IMG/VR virus record: IMGVR_UViG_3300045988_090625
Direction: 5' to 3' (one strand)
DNA: 52,082 nt
Origin: a virus
In this document: positions 22,808 to 33,446 of the stretch, piece after piece
Layout: each line of letters starts with the position of its first letter
Position numbering within the stretch: position 1 is the first letter of the stretch
The notes under the pieces: generated by a model
Told to the model about the DNA's origin: nothing
Database searches by the model: none
The model's input: the letters and a program-made list of their open reading frames with translations, nothing else
Translations under genes and position numbers: made by a program

Positions 22808-23845
22808 ATGTCAATTTTTGATTTAATTACAAGCGTAGAAATCGTTGCATATTGGGAAGAAATGTTACAAAATGAGCCGCCATATTTAGGCGAAGAACTT
22901 TTTCCAGATGAACAGAAACTTGGACTTGATTTACAATGGCTTAAAGGTGCTACTGGTTTGCCAGTAGTATTAAAACCGTCAGCATTTGATGTGCAGGCAA
23001 TTCCGAGAAAGCGTATCGGTTTTGAAAAACTTACCGCACAAATGCCATTCTTCAAAGAATCGAAGTACATTGATGAAGAGTTACGGCAGGAATTAAACAA
23101 AGTCCTTGAGACAGGAAACAGTGCATACATTGATGTCATCATAAACAGAGTATTTGTAGATGAAATGGATTTATTAAGAGGTGCGAGAGCGCAAAGAGAA
23201 CGTATGCGAATGATGATGCTTTCCACAGGTACAATTGAAATTGAAGGAAATGGACAGGCTTACACATATGATTATCGTATGCCAGAGAATCACAAGAAAA
23301 ATGCAACAAAGGCATGGAGTGACCCGACAGCAAACATCATTGAAATGATTCAAGAGGGTATTGAAACAATCGAAGAGGATGCAGGTGTAACAATTACAAG
23401 AGCGGTTTGCTCAAGTAAAATTCTTGGCTATTTCCGTAAAAACACAGAAATTAAAAAATCCATTGCAGTAATTACAGACGGCGAAGGACATATTTCTGAT
23501 AATAAAATTCTTACTTTCTTGTCTGATGAATTAGGCATCCAGATTGTAAAGTATGACAAAAAATACATTGATGAAGATGGAACAAAACAAAGATTTATCG
23601 AGGACGATGTATTTGTTATGTTTCCAGATGGCGCACTTGGCAATACGTGGTTTGGAACTACACCAGAACAGTCTGACCTTATGTCAAGTGGAGTTGCAAA
23701 TGTAACAATTACTGACACAGGTGTTGCAGTTACAACGATGACAAAAGCAGACCCAGTAAATGTCGAAACAAAAGTAACACAGATTTGTCTGCCAGACTTT
23801 CCAACAGCTGACCAGATTTACATTATTGATGTGGATGGCGAATAG
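22808..23845 (+). CDS. Major capsid protein, lambda gpE family
   Basis: 345 aa; 'VMFPDGALGNTWFG' and 'KADPVNVETKVTQICLPDFPTADQIYI' parallel lambda gpE 'FLPDNTMVLGNT' and 'GDPAREFTMIQSAPLMLLADPDEF'. Confidence 0.8.
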   Translation: MSIFDLITSVEIVAYWEEMLQNEPPYLGEELFPDEQKLGLDLQWLKGATGLPVVLKPSAFDVQAIPRKRIGFEKLTAQMPFFKESKYIDEELRQELNKVLETGNSAYIDVIINRVFVDEMDLLRGARAQRERMRMMMLSTGTIEIEGNGQAYTYDYRMPENHKKNATKAWSDPTANIIEMIQEGIETIEEDAGVTITRAVCSSKILGYFRKNTEIKKSIAVITDGEGHISDNKILTFLSDELGIQIVKYDKKYIDEDGTKQRFIEDDVFVMFPDGALGNTWFGTTPEQSDLMSSGVANVTITDTGVAVTTMTKADPVNVETKVTQICLPDFPTADQIYIIDVDGE

Positions 23846-23857
23846 GAGGTCTGAACA

Positions 23858-24211
23858 ATGGCATTTGTAAAAGTTAGAAAAGCAATCGGAAAAAGATTTG
23901 ATGGAAAGCCTATTAAGGTAAGCAGTAAAGCATATGAAAACATTTTCAAGAAAAAAGGTTATGTTCTTGTTGATGATGATGGAAACAGAATTGAAAAAGA
24001 AAATGATTATTCACAGAATAAAATGTTGAATGAATCAGATTTCGGTGAAGAAGAAGTCCAACAGAAAGTAGATGAAATTCCAATTTCTGAAATGAACAGC
24101 GCACAGTTAAAACAGTTTGCGAAAGAACATGACATTGATACGTCAAGTGCAAGCAATGTGAAAGAAGCAAGACGCATTATTCAAAAAGCAGTAAGAGAAG
24201 GAAATGTTTAA
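23858..24211 (+). CDS. Hypothetical protein with C-terminal HeH/Rho-N-like motif
   Basis: 'MNSAQLKQFAKEHDIDTSSASNVKEARRIIQKAV'; 117 aa. Confidence 0.65.
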   Translation: MAFVKVRKAIGKRFDGKPIKVSSKAYENIFKKKGYVLVDDDGNRIEKENDYSQNKMLNESDFGEEEVQQKVDEIPISEMNSAQLKQFAKEHDIDTSSASNVKEARRIIQKAVREGNV

Positions 24212-24233
24212 ATAAAACAGGTTGGAGGTTGGC

Positions 24234-24485
24234 ATGATGGATGTGTTAGAACAATTAAAATTTAACTTGCGTGAAAAACAATGTCCGTATTTTGAGGATG
24301 AAGAACTTTTACAGCTTTTGTCTATGTACGACAATGATGTAAAAAAGGCGAGTTACAATGGGTTACTAATGAAAGCCGAAGTAACAGGTTTGAGTGTTAG
24401 TGGACTTACGACAAAAGACAGTTCAAGTTATTTCAAAATGCTCGCTTCCAACTATGTTGAAAGTAATACAGGTGTTTTGAAATGA
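24234..24485 (+). CDS. Head-tail connector (gp6-like)
   Basis: Position; 'FEDEELLQLLSMYDND'. ATG 24234 follows GGAGG 24224-24228 (track begins at TTG 24222). Confidence 0.55.
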   Translation: MMDVLEQLKFNLREKQCPYFEDEELLQLLSMYDNDVKKASYNGLLMKAEVTGLSVSGLTTKDSSSYFKMLASNYVESNTGVLK

Positions 24486-24856
24486 AACTAAAGAAGTATG
24501 AACAAAACAAGGTAAAAAGGGAAATCAAAACACATGGTTCTGACTATTCATTTTACAGAACAGGTAAAGACGAATATGGAGAACAAACAGAAGAAAAAGC
24601 ATTGGTTTGTGAGTTGTGCGGATTATTTCACACAACGAGCGGTTACAGGACAAAAAACGTGTCTGATGGAAATGTAACACACTCAAAGGCACAACCAATG
24701 CTTTTGTGTGTTTATGATGATGCAGAACAGGTACAGATTGGTGATGTTGTAACAATGAACCAAAACAATTACATTGTAACAGCAAAAACAAATATTTGCG
24801 AAGAAAACATACTAGCAGACATATCATTGGAGTTGGTGCTGAATGGCAAAAATTAG
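24482..24856 (+). CDS. Head closure / head-tail adaptor
   Basis: 124 aa, ATGA coupling, position in connector block. Confidence 0.5.
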   Translation: MKLKKYEQNKVKREIKTHGSDYSFYRTGKDEYGEQTEEKALVCELCGLFHTTSGYRTKNVSDGNVTHSKAQPMLLCVYDDAEQVQIGDVVTMNQNNYIVTAKTNICEENILADISLELVLNGKN

Positions 24857-25199
24857 ATTTGATGCAAGTGAGGTTTTAGAAAAACTTAGCAATTTGGAAT
24901 CAAAGTCGGATATAGCAATCAAGATTTATGCACAAGAAGGGGCAAAGAAATTTGAGAACTATGCAAAAGTAAACAGAAGATGGACAGACAGAACAGGACA
25001 TGCAAGACAAAGGCTCACAGGTTTTGTTGAAAAACTACCACAGACTGTAAGGATTTACATATCGCATGGTGTTGATTATGGAATATATCTGGAATTAGCG
25101 CACGAAAAAAGATATGCTATATTACAAGAAACAGTAAATAAAAACAGCCAAGAAATTCTTGACGGGTATATAGATATGATTGGTAAAATGAGAGTATAG
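24843..25199 (+). CDS. HK97 gp10-like tail/neck component
   Basis: 'GAKKFENYAKVNRRWTDRTGHARQRLTG' resembles the gp10 family signature. Confidence 0.6.
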   Translation: MAKIRFDASEVLEKLSNLESKSDIAIKIYAQEGAKKFENYAKVNRRWTDRTGHARQRLTGFVEKLPQTVRIYISHGVDYGIYLELAHEKRYAILQETVNKNSQEILDGYIDMIGKMRV

Positions 25200-25203
25200 A
25201 AAA

Positions 25204-25566
25204 ATGGAAAAAGGTATTTTAAAACAAATACATGACTGTTTAACAAGCAATGGCTTTAAAACTTATTTTCCATCACAGAAGCAGGGTGAATGTTTAGAGC
25301 CGTACATTGTCATAAAATTAGATGGAACATATGATTTATTAACAGTATCGAGTGAAAGACCGATATACACAATTATGGTTTATGTTCCAGAAAACAGATA
25401 CAGTATTTTTGAAACAATAATTTTTGATGTAAAACAAACATTAAAAAAAATGTACCCTACGATTATGTATATAGGGAATGAAACACCATCATATTATGAT
25501 GAAAATGTAAAGGCAAACATGGTATCATTTCAGTATTATGGATGCAGAAAAAAAGAAAACTTTTAA
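25204..25566 (+). CDS. Tail completion protein
   Basis: 120 aa, position before tail tube gene. Confidence 0.5.
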   Translation: MEKGILKQIHDCLTSNGFKTYFPSQKQGECLEPYIVIKLDGTYDLLTVSSERPIYTIMVYVPENRYSIFETIIFDVKQTLKKMYPTIMYIGNETPSYYDENVKANMVSFQYYGCRKKENF

Positions 25567-25581
25567 CAGGAGGAAACAAAG

Positions 25582-26262
25582 ATGGCAACAACAAAAAAGA
25601 AATTAGAATCAATTCCAACAATTGACGTATCACTTGTGGTCATTCGTGTTGGTGATACAGATAGTGGAACAGAATATGCACTTGACACAGCAAACCAAAT
25701 TGCGGTAGATGTACAGACGGAAACAACAGATGCTGTCAAACTCATTAAACTTGGAAAACTGTTAGCACAGAAAGGCGCAGTAACAACAGTAACAGGTATA
25801 CAAATCACACTTACAGATAATGTATTTAGCCCAACAGTGGCAAAAATTTTACAGGGTGGAACAATCACAGGAAAACTTAGCGATAACACGCTTGTATATA
25901 CTCCACCTGTTGCCGGAAGTGATGAAAAAGGTGATGTGTTCGAAATGGACACATACTCAGCACAGTATGATGCAAGTGGTCAGATTGTAAGATATGAAAA
26001 AGTAACATATCCAAACTGCCAAGGAACACCGTTCGGAGTTGGTTCACAAGATGATACATTCCGTGTTCCAGAGTATATAATCAACAGCGCACCAAAAACA
26101 GGAGAAGCACCGTACAAAATTTTATATGTTGCACAGTTACCAGATTTCACATCATCAACAGTTCCAGAGTATAGCGCATTAAGTGATGACCAAGGAACTA
26201 GAGCAGTGCAGAGTGACTATGTTAATGATGGAGAACAAGTTACAGCAGTTTCTATTCATTAA
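25582..26262 (+). CDS. Major tail (tube) protein
   Basis: 226 aa, T/V/G-rich, AGGAGGA RBS, followed by chaperone pair and tape measure. Confidence 0.65.
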   Translation: MATTKKKLESIPTIDVSLVVIRVGDTDSGTEYALDTANQIAVDVQTETTDAVKLIKLGKLLAQKGAVTTVTGIQITLTDNVFSPTVAKILQGGTITGKLSDNTLVYTPPVAGSDEKGDVFEMDTYSAQYDASGQIVRYEKVTYPNCQGTPFGVGSQDDTFRVPEYIINSAPKTGEAPYKILYVAQLPDFTSSTVPEYSALSDDQGTRAVQSDYVNDGEQVTAVSIH

Positions 26263-26304
26263 CAAATGAATAACAAAAAAGAACATTAGAAAGGAAAGAA
26301 AACA

Positions 26305-26718
26305 ATGGCAACAAAAAAAGAGAAAGAATTGAAAGTAACGGATATTGAAACATTAGTAAAAAGTGCAAGTGGAGAAATCGTACAACTTCCAAGTTTTACG
26401 GAAAGCGTACCATTTATCGCAAGAGTAAAAAGACCGAGTTTATTGGGACTTGTAAAGTCTGGTAAAATCCCAAACAATTTGCTTGTTAAAACAAATGAAC
26501 TTTTCATACAGGATGGAGCAGGATTCGACACAGAAGATAGCAATATGATGGCAGACCTTTGTGACGTACTTGAAATGATTGCAGGAGAAACACTTGTAGA
26601 GCCGTCATACAAAGATTTGACAGCCGCAGGAGTAGAATTAACAGATGAACAATTGATGGCATTATTTAACTATTCGCAAAGAGGTGTAGCGGCATTAGAA
26701 TCCTTTCGTACAGAGTAG
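26305..26718 (+). CDS. Tail assembly chaperone (G-like)
   Basis: 137 aa, acidic, directly between tube and tape measure. Confidence 0.65.
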   Translation: MATKKEKELKVTDIETLVKSASGEIVQLPSFTESVPFIARVKRPSLLGLVKSGKIPNNLLVKTNELFIQDGAGFDTEDSNMMADLCDVLEMIAGETLVEPSYKDLTAAGVELTDEQLMALFNYSQRGVAALESFRTE

Positions 26719-26740
26719 CAGAATTGAATCAGTTTTAGCA

Positions 26741-26941
26741 ATGTGCAAAACATTCAAGTGTTTGCCAAGCGATGTTTTAAACATAGAAGATGAATACACA
26801 GCATTTTGTTTCAATGAAGCCTGTGTAAACATTATAGCACATTTGCAGAATGAAGAAAAACCACATTACATAGAACAAGGAAGAGAACAGAAAGCAAAAC
26901 ATTATACGACATTTAGTGATTTTATTGAAACAATTAAATAA
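26741..26941 (+). CDS. Second chaperone ORF (T-like); possibly expressed as a frameshift fusion
   Basis: 66 aa. Its frame is open from 26699 and overlaps the last 17 nt of the upstream ORF in the +1 frame. Confidence 0.5.
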   Translation: MCKTFKCLPSDVLNIEDEYTAFCFNEACVNIIAHLQNEEKPHYIEQGREQKAKHYTTFSDFIETIK

Positions 26942-26961
26942 ACAAACAGGAGGAAAAAGCA

Positions 26962-29745
26962 ATGGCAGTAAACATGGGTTCAGCCGTTGCTTTTCTTGAA
27001 TTAGATACTTCCAAGTTCAGTAAAGGCTTTCAGAGTGCTTTCAATGACTTGAAAGTATTCGGTTCTAAGACAGCAACGGCAGAACAAAAAATAAAAGGTT
27101 TATCAAGCTCAATGAGTACAGTTGGAAGTACATTAACAAAAAATGTAACACTTCCATTGGCAGGAATTGGAGCGGCATCATTGAAAGTTGCGACAGATTT
27201 TGAAAGTGGAATGGCAGAAGTAAAAGCAATTTCTGGTGCTACTGGTGAGGATTTTAAAAAGTTATCAGATAAAGCAAAACAAATGGGCGCAACGACAAAG
27301 TTTAGTGCAACACAGGCGAGTGAAGCGTTTAAATACATGGCAATGGCAGGTTGGGACACCAACGACATGCTGAATAGTATTAGCGGTGTAATGAATCTTG
27401 CGGCGGCATCTGGTGAGGATTTAGCAAGTGTTTCAGACATTGTTACAGATGCAATGACAGCTTTTGGTTTGTCGGCAGATGGAACAAGTAAAGTATTAAA
27501 AGATGGTTATTCTAAAGAGGTATCAAACGCAACAAGGTTTACTGATGTTTTAGCAAAAGCGTCAAGCAGTTCAAATACAAATGTTGCGTTAATGGGTGAA
27601 ACTTTTAAATATGTTGCACCAGTGGCAGGAGCATTAGGCTATTCCGTAGAAGATACAGCAACAGCAATTGGTTTAATGGCTAATAGTGGAATTAAAGGAA
27701 GCCAAGCAGGTACGGCACTTAGAAGTACATTATCGAGACTTGCAAAACCAACTAAACAAGTACAAGCGGTAATGGATAAATACAACATAAGTCTTGTTGA
27801 TTCGCAAGGACAAATTAAACCATTAAAACAATTAATGGAAGAATTAAGAGCAACATTCGGAAACTTGTCAGAAGCACAACAAGCAAGTGTTGCGGCATCG
27901 TTAGCAGGACAAGAGGGAATGTCTGGATTAATGGCAATCGTTAATTCAAGTGATGAAGATTTTAACAACTTGTCGGATGCAATTTATAATGCAAATGGTG
28001 CATGTGATGAAATGTCCGAAACAATGTTAAACGCAACAAAAGGTAGTGTAGAACTTCTTAAATCGGCTTTAGAAGGCGCAGGAATTGTTATAGGTGAAAG
28101 ATTACAACCATACATTAGAAAGCTTGCAGAATGGATTCAGAAGCTTGCAGAGTGGTTTACAAATTTGTCGGATAAACAATTAGATTTTATCGTAAAAGCA
28201 GGATTAATCGTTGCGGCAGTCGGTCCAGTTTTGCTTTTGTTTGGTTCGCTTTTGGAACACATTTTAAAAATACACAGTGCATTTAAAAAGATGGGAAAAG
28301 TCATTGAAAGTGTAAAGTTAATATTGGCAGGCGTATCTGCACCAGTCGTTGCAATAATTGCAATAATAGGAGTTCTTGTTGCGGCTTTTGTAACATTGTG
28401 GCAAACAAATGAAGAGTTCCGAAACAAAATGAAATCAATCTGGGATGAACTTAAACAAGTATTTGTTGATTTTAAAAACAAACTGGAAGAATTAGGTATT
28501 GATTTTGGTGCGATAGCTGATGGAATGAAAAAAGCATGGGAAACATTTTGTAACATTTTAGCCCCACTTTTTACAACAACATTTCAGACGATTGTAGATT
28601 TTATAAAAGGTGCGCTTGATGTTATACTCGGAGTAATTGGTGTGTTTGTTGGAATATTTACAGGTGATTTTGACCAAGCCGCAAATGGTGTCTATGAAAT
28701 ATTTAGCGGTTTTGTTGATTTCTTTAGTAATTTATTCGGAAACATAATTGATTTGATAGCAGGAGTTTCAGAAGCCCTTGGATTTGAAGGTGCGGCTGAG
28801 AAATTGGAAAATTTTAAAAATGTTGTACAAGAAAAAATTGAAGTTGTAAAAGGAATAATTGCGGCATTTCCACAGTTTATAGTTGGAATAATTCAAACAA
28901 TTATAAGTTTCTTTACAGAAACAATACCAAATGTGCTTAACACATTTGTAACAGAAACAGTACCAAACGCATTAGAAGAGTTGAAAGCATTCCTTGACCA
29001 ATTACCGTATATGTTAGGGTATTTAATAGGTGAATTGATAGCATTAATTATTCAATTCGGACAAAATGTTTTAGGCTGGATAGAAACAGAAGTTCCGAAA
29101 ATGATACAAAATGTAATCAGTTTTGTGGAAGAACTTCCAAGTAAAATCTGGAATCTTTTGTTACAAGTAGTACAAAAAGTCATTGCATGGGGTTCACAAA
29201 TGGATGCAAAAGCGCAGGGCGTATCAAGACAATTTGTTGCGGATTTTATAACATATGTTAAGGAGCTACCTAACAAGCTGTGGGAAATTATAAAACAATT
29301 GCCAGAAAAAGTAAAATCTATTAAAACAACAATGAAACAGGCAGGCAAGGACATTATTACAGCTTTGTGGGAAGGAATTAAGGCAATAGCAAGTGGGGTA
29401 TTGCAATGGGTCGAAGATTTTGTAGGAAAGATAGAAAGTTTCTTCCGAGGTATTATTGATGGATTTAACAGCGTTAAGAACAAAGGTTCAGAAGCAAATG
29501 AAATAAGTAAATCTGTAAATGGCAGACATGCAAATGGTTTAGACTATGTTCCTTTCAATGGCTATGTTGCAGAACTTCATAAAGGTGAGAGGGTGTTGAC
29601 AGCAAAAGAGAATAAAGAGTATAATAAAAGAAATGCAACAGGGAATGGTGGAGATACATTTAATTTTTATAATACGAAACCAAATCCATATGAGTATGCA
29701 AGACAGATGAAGCAAGCGAAGAAAGAATTGCTTTACGGCATTTAA
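26962..29745 (+). CDS. Tail tape measure protein (TP901-type core)
   Basis: 927 aa; 'LKVATDFESGMAEVKAISGATGEDF...ATTKFSATQASEAFKYMAMAGW'; hydrophobic central segments; C-terminal 'HANGLDYVPFNGYVAELHKGERVLT'. Confidence 0.9.
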   Translation: MAVNMGSAVAFLELDTSKFSKGFQSAFNDLKVFGSKTATAEQKIKGLSSSMSTVGSTLTKNVTLPLAGIGAASLKVATDFESGMAEVKAISGATGEDFKKLSDKAKQMGATTKFSATQASEAFKYMAMAGWDTNDMLNSISGVMNLAAASGEDLASVSDIVTDAMTAFGLSADGTSKVLKDGYSKEVSNATRFTDVLAKASSSSNTNVALMGETFKYVAPVAGALGYSVEDTATAIGLMANSGIKGSQAGTALRSTLSRLAKPTKQVQAVMDKYNISLVDSQGQIKPLKQLMEELRATFGNLSEAQQASVAASLAGQEGMSGLMAIVNSSDEDFNNLSDAIYNANGACDEMSETMLNATKGSVELLKSALEGAGIVIGERLQPYIRKLAEWIQKLAEWFTNLSDKQLDFIVKAGLIVAAVGPVLLLFGSLLEHILKIHSAFKKMGKVIESVKLILAGVSAPVVAIIAIIGVLVAAFVTLWQTNEEFRNKMKSIWDELKQVFVDFKNKLEELGIDFGAIADGMKKAWETFCNILAPLFTTTFQTIVDFIKGALDVILGVIGVFVGIFTGDFDQAANGVYEIFSGFVDFFSNLFGNIIDLIAGVSEALGFEGAAEKLENFKNVVQEKIEVVKGIIAAFPQFIVGIIQTIISFFTETIPNVLNTFVTETVPNALEELKAFLDQLPYMLGYLIGELIALIIQFGQNVLGWIETEVPKMIQNVISFVEELPSKIWNLLLQVVQKVIAWGSQMDAKAQGVSRQFVADFITYVKELPNKLWEIIKQLPEKVKSIKTTMKQAGKDIITALWEGIKAIASGVLQWVEDFVGKIESFFRGIIDGFNSVKNKGSEANEISKSVNGRHANGLDYVPFNGYVAELHKGERVLTAKENKEYNKRNATGNGGDTFNFYNTKPNPYEYARQMKQAKKELLYGI

Positions 29746-29760
29746 AGGTAGGTGAAAAAA

Positions 29761-30699
29761 ATGATTAAAAACGTAACAATTACAAACAAACAAACATATG
29801 AACAAATTGAAATAGGTGCGAAAGCACCTTTTGTTTTAGACAGTATTGATTGGGGAAGTGCATCAGTAGAACAAACAGGTTACAGAGTTCCGTTTCAAAT
29901 TGGCGAGTTTAAAACAGGGGAAGTTGTTGGAACTAGACAAGTCAGCATAGTTGGTTATGTTGTTGCTGATGATGTAACAGGGGTAGGAAAGTCTTGGAAA
30001 CAGTATTATGAAGATTGCGAAAAAAAAATCGAAGAAAACAAATTGTTGCTTGACAAATTATTTTCTATATATTATAATGTGAGTATAGAAACAGGAGAGT
30101 ACAGGATAGAAGGAGTACCAACAACAGCGGTGAAATATTCAACAAATGAAGAGGACAACAACGAAGTATTTTGCATGTTTTCGGTAGTTTTAAAATGTTT
30201 CAATCCAATGTTTGTAAAAGGTGGGACGAAACAAACACAGCTTGCAACAACAAGTGGTAAGTTACATTTTCCATTGATTATAAAGCAGGGTGGTGTTGTT
30301 TTTGGGGAAATAATAAAAAGGAGAAGCGTACCAATATTAAATAGTGGCGATTCGGATGCAGGATGCTTGATAACGATATTTGCTGATGGTGGAATCGTAA
30401 AAGACCCAAAGATATACATTATACAAACAGAAGAATTTTTGGAATTTAAAGATGTCACGTTGCAACCGGGGGATTATATAACAGTAACAACAGAAACAGG
30501 GAAAGAAAATGCAATCTTGCATGATGCATCTGAAACAAAAGAAATAAACGTAATAGGTCATCTAACAAATGATAGTAAGTTCATAAAAATAAAAAAAGGA
30601 ACTTATGATTATGCATATAGTGTTGATGAACAATATATGTCAAATGTAGATGTTAAAATCGAATTTGAAGAACAGTATTTCAATATAAGAGGGATGTAA
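29761..30699 (+). CDS. Distal tail protein (Dit)
   Basis: Position after tape measure; ~313 aa. ATG 29761 after AAAGGTAGGTG (track begins at GTG 29752). Confidence 0.65.
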   Translation: MIKNVTITNKQTYEQIEIGAKAPFVLDSIDWGSASVEQTGYRVPFQIGEFKTGEVVGTRQVSIVGYVVADDVTGVGKSWKQYYEDCEKKIEENKLLLDKLFSIYYNVSIETGEYRIEGVPTTAVKYSTNEEDNNEVFCMFSVVLKCFNPMFVKGGTKQTQLATTSGKLHFPLIIKQGGVVFGEIIKRRSVPILNSGDSDAGCLITIFADGGIVKDPKIYIIQTEEFLEFKDVTLQPGDYITVTTETGKENAILHDASETKEINVIGHLTNDSKFIKIKKGTYDYAYSVDEQYMSNVDVKIEFEEQYFNIRGM

Positions 30700-30700
30700 G

Positions 30701-32317
30701 ATGATTGAAATTTTAGATAGTTTTTTGAAAAAGGTCGACATACTCAGAAAATATACATATGCTCAGTATACAGAAGAATTTAGAGGAATTGGAAGTTTTA
30801 AAATTAATGTTCCAATAATTGAAGAAAACAAATATCTTTTAGATGAAACCGAACAATATTATGTTTTGTTTGACACAAAAAGAAATGGGAAAAATAAAAA
30901 AATTCTAGGAATTGTTGACAAAGTTGAAAAAGAAGCTGATTCGGACTACGATAATCAATATACATTGTCTGGTAGAATGGCACAGTTTGTTTTAAACAGC
31001 AGGGTAATAAAAGGAACATTTTCTTATTCTGGTAATACTGCAAACTTTGTAAGCGGAATAATATATGACAACATTTTAAAGAACAAAGATGATAGATATA
31101 TTCCAATTAATATAAGTCTTGAAGATGCAACAAAGTTAAATAATCAGTGCAGTAAAATTGATAAGCAAGTTACAGGCGGTTATATATGGGATGAAATAGA
31201 ACCTGTGTTAGAACAGGATGGGCTTGGACTTATAATTGAACCGAACATTATAACCGAAAAAGTTATTGATGGAAACAAAACAAACATAGAAGGATTATCA
31301 TTAACAATAACACTTGGGGCAGATAGAAGAAAGTGGAATAAGGAAAACAATATTTCAGTTGTTTTTTCGCAAAGTCTTAGCAACATTAGTAGGACATCAT
31401 ATACAAGGGACACAACAAATTACACAAATGTTGCATATACAGCCGGAGAGGGAGAAGAGGAAAGCCGAAAATGGTATGAGATTGAAATAAATAGTGATGT
31501 AAAAAGCAAAAACAAAAAAGGAATAGGTCGTAGGGAACTATGGATTGATGCAAGGGACATTCAAAGTGTACAAGATGATAAGACTCTGACGGATAAAGAA
31601 TATGAAACGCTAATAAAGCAAAGAACGAATGAAAAAGCGGCAGAAGCAACGGAAACAAGAACATATGAATCAACATTAACCGAGCAAAACAAACAGTATG
31701 TTTTTGGAATTGATTACAACATCGGAGATTGGTGTACAGTAATTGATAGCGAATTAGAAAAAGTGCTAGATGTGCAAATAGTTACAGTTGTGCATACTAT
31801 ACAAGGAACAGGAACACAAGAAATTATTGACGTCGGATTTTCATACGGTTTAAAACAAAACATGGATGTATTGAAGGAAACAAGGGAAAGTGCAAATAAA
31901 ATCGAGAACAATAATGTAAACATAAAGTATCTTGACAATAAACAAAAGACATTGGATAATAGGGTTGAAAATCTTGAAAATGGATTGGAACAACTTCCGA
32001 CAATACCAGCTGACGAATTTACTTTGTCGAACGATGGAGAATGGTACAAATATGGGAAGAGGACATTCATAAAATTGAATGGTTTGTATGTTGGAGATGT
32101 GGCAAGCTGTCCATATCCACCAAAGGGAGGAAATGTGTGGCAGTATGTTATTTTGTTAAACATGAATAACGGAACATGGTGGCATGGATTTATGAAAATT
32201 AGTATTGATGGCAGTGTTTCATTCAAAACAATAGCAAGCATTGGAGCAACAGATTTATATGATTGTACAGGAAATAATTTTACAGTGTATGGATATGTTG
32301 ACTTTTTCAATGAATAG
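30701..32317 (+). CDS. Tail-associated protein (Tal / siphovirus Gp37-like)
   Basis: 538 aa; N-terminus 'MIEILDSF...FRGIGSFKINVP' typical of this family; coiled-coil then C-terminal head domain. Confidence 0.65.
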   Translation: MIEILDSFLKKVDILRKYTYAQYTEEFRGIGSFKINVPIIEENKYLLDETEQYYVLFDTKRNGKNKKILGIVDKVEKEADSDYDNQYTLSGRMAQFVLNSRVIKGTFSYSGNTANFVSGIIYDNILKNKDDRYIPINISLEDATKLNNQCSKIDKQVTGGYIWDEIEPVLEQDGLGLIIEPNIITEKVIDGNKTNIEGLSLTITLGADRRKWNKENNISVVFSQSLSNISRTSYTRDTTNYTNVAYTAGEGEEESRKWYEIEINSDVKSKNKKGIGRRELWIDARDIQSVQDDKTLTDKEYETLIKQRTNEKAAEATETRTYESTLTEQNKQYVFGIDYNIGDWCTVIDSELEKVLDVQIVTVVHTIQGTGTQEIIDVGFSYGLKQNMDVLKETRESANKIENNNVNIKYLDNKQKTLDNRVENLENGLEQLPTIPADEFTLSNDGEWYKYGKRTFIKLNGLYVGDVASCPYPPKGGNVWQYVILLNMNNGTWWHGFMKISIDGSVSFKTIASIGATDLYDCTGNNFTVYGYVDFFNE

Positions 32318-32353
32318 TAGTATGATATGTATATAAAACAAAGGAGGTTAATT

Positions 32354-33430
32354 ATGGCAGAAAATAGTGGTTTTTTTAATGCAATCGAAACAGCAGGAGT
32401 GTATGACCGTGTATATGATGCGAGTGATTTTGCAAAGCTGTTTAGTTTGTTTATGACGAATGGTGTGTTCGTAAATCCAACAGACCAATTAAAGGTCGTT
32501 GCAAAATCTGGATTAACAGTAACAGTAAAAGCGGGACGTGCTTTTATTGATGGGTATTGGTATGAACTGACAGAAGATACAATCATAACAATGAGTTCTA
32601 ATACAAGTGCATACCCTATCAATTCAGTTGTGACATGTAAACTGGATAAGAGTAAAAGAACAATTAAAATTGATAAAAGGGATGCAGTTGTGAGTACAAA
32701 TCCTGTTAATACAGACACAATACATGAACTTGTACTTGCAGTCATAGCAATAGGGGTAGGGGTCAGCACAATAACAAATGCTAACATAACAGACACAAGG
32801 GCGAACAACAATTATTGCGGATTCGTAACAGGAGCGGTAAAACAAATTGAAACGACAGATTTGTTTAATCAGTTCGAAGATGCTTTTGGTGCATGGTTTG
32901 AAAAAATGAAAGACCAACTTTCAGAAGATGCGGCAGGAAATTTACAAAACCAAATTGATGGCATGTCAATACAGGATTATTATTCGCTTGACAAAATTCC
33001 TGTAACAGTGAATAATACAAGTGCTACAAGTAAAGCAACATTTCTGCTTGGTTCTGTTGGCGGCTTAGTTATTGGAGGGCTGACAGATGGAATATATTGT
33101 GTTTCTATCGCACTGAAATGGAAAAGCGGGACAGCACCTTTTGAGGGTAAAGTAGCAAATGTCAAAGCAAGCATAACAAAAAAACAAAACATTGCAACGG
33201 ATGGTTTACAGCCGGTAGATGTGATAGTTAGAAGCTATGAAACATCTACTGTGATAGCAAGCAATGGGACAGTATTAATCACGTTTGTATTACCTTTAAA
33301 AATTGCAAATGATAATACGCTGGTGGTTAGAGTTTCAGATATTGCAGGTAATATCGTAATGCCATCAAATGCAAATAATTTGATTTATGATGTTACAGCA
33401 ACTTTCGAGAAATTTTTGAGCGATTATTAA
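32354..33430 (+). CDS. Tail fibre / receptor-binding protein
   Basis: 'SGFFNAIETAGVYDRVYDASDFAKLFSLFMTNGVF' is a common Firmicutes-phage fibre N-terminus. ATG 32354 after AAGGAGG (track starts 32327). Confidence 0.65.
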   Translation: MAENSGFFNAIETAGVYDRVYDASDFAKLFSLFMTNGVFVNPTDQLKVVAKSGLTVTVKAGRAFIDGYWYELTEDTIITMSSNTSAYPINSVVTCKLDKSKRTIKIDKRDAVVSTNPVNTDTIHELVLAVIAIGVGVSTITNANITDTRANNNYCGFVTGAVKQIETTDLFNQFEDAFGAWFEKMKDQLSEDAAGNLQNQIDGMSIQDYYSLDKIPVTVNNTSATSKATFLLGSVGGLVIGGLTDGIYCVSIALKWKSGTAPFEGKVANVKASITKKQNIATDGLQPVDVIVRSYETSTVIASNGTVLITFVLPLKIANDNTLVVRVSDIAGNIVMPSNANNLIYDVTATFEKFLSDY

Positions 33431-33446
33431 AAGGAGAAAAGAAACA

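Noticed and set aside
21657-23226. Minus-strand ORFs 21657-22100, 21682-22152 and 22678-23226
   Set aside because: They are antisense shadows of the scaffold, decoration and capsid genes. They are repetitive L/Q/S/F-rich sequences with no start context.
31714-32811. 365-aa minus-strand ORF, the longest antisense ORF in the track
   Set aside because: It lies antisense to the well-supported Tal and fibre genes. Its translation is low-complexity (L/S/F/V/T-rich), typical of the complement of a purine-rich coding strand. It has no RBS or promoter on that strand.
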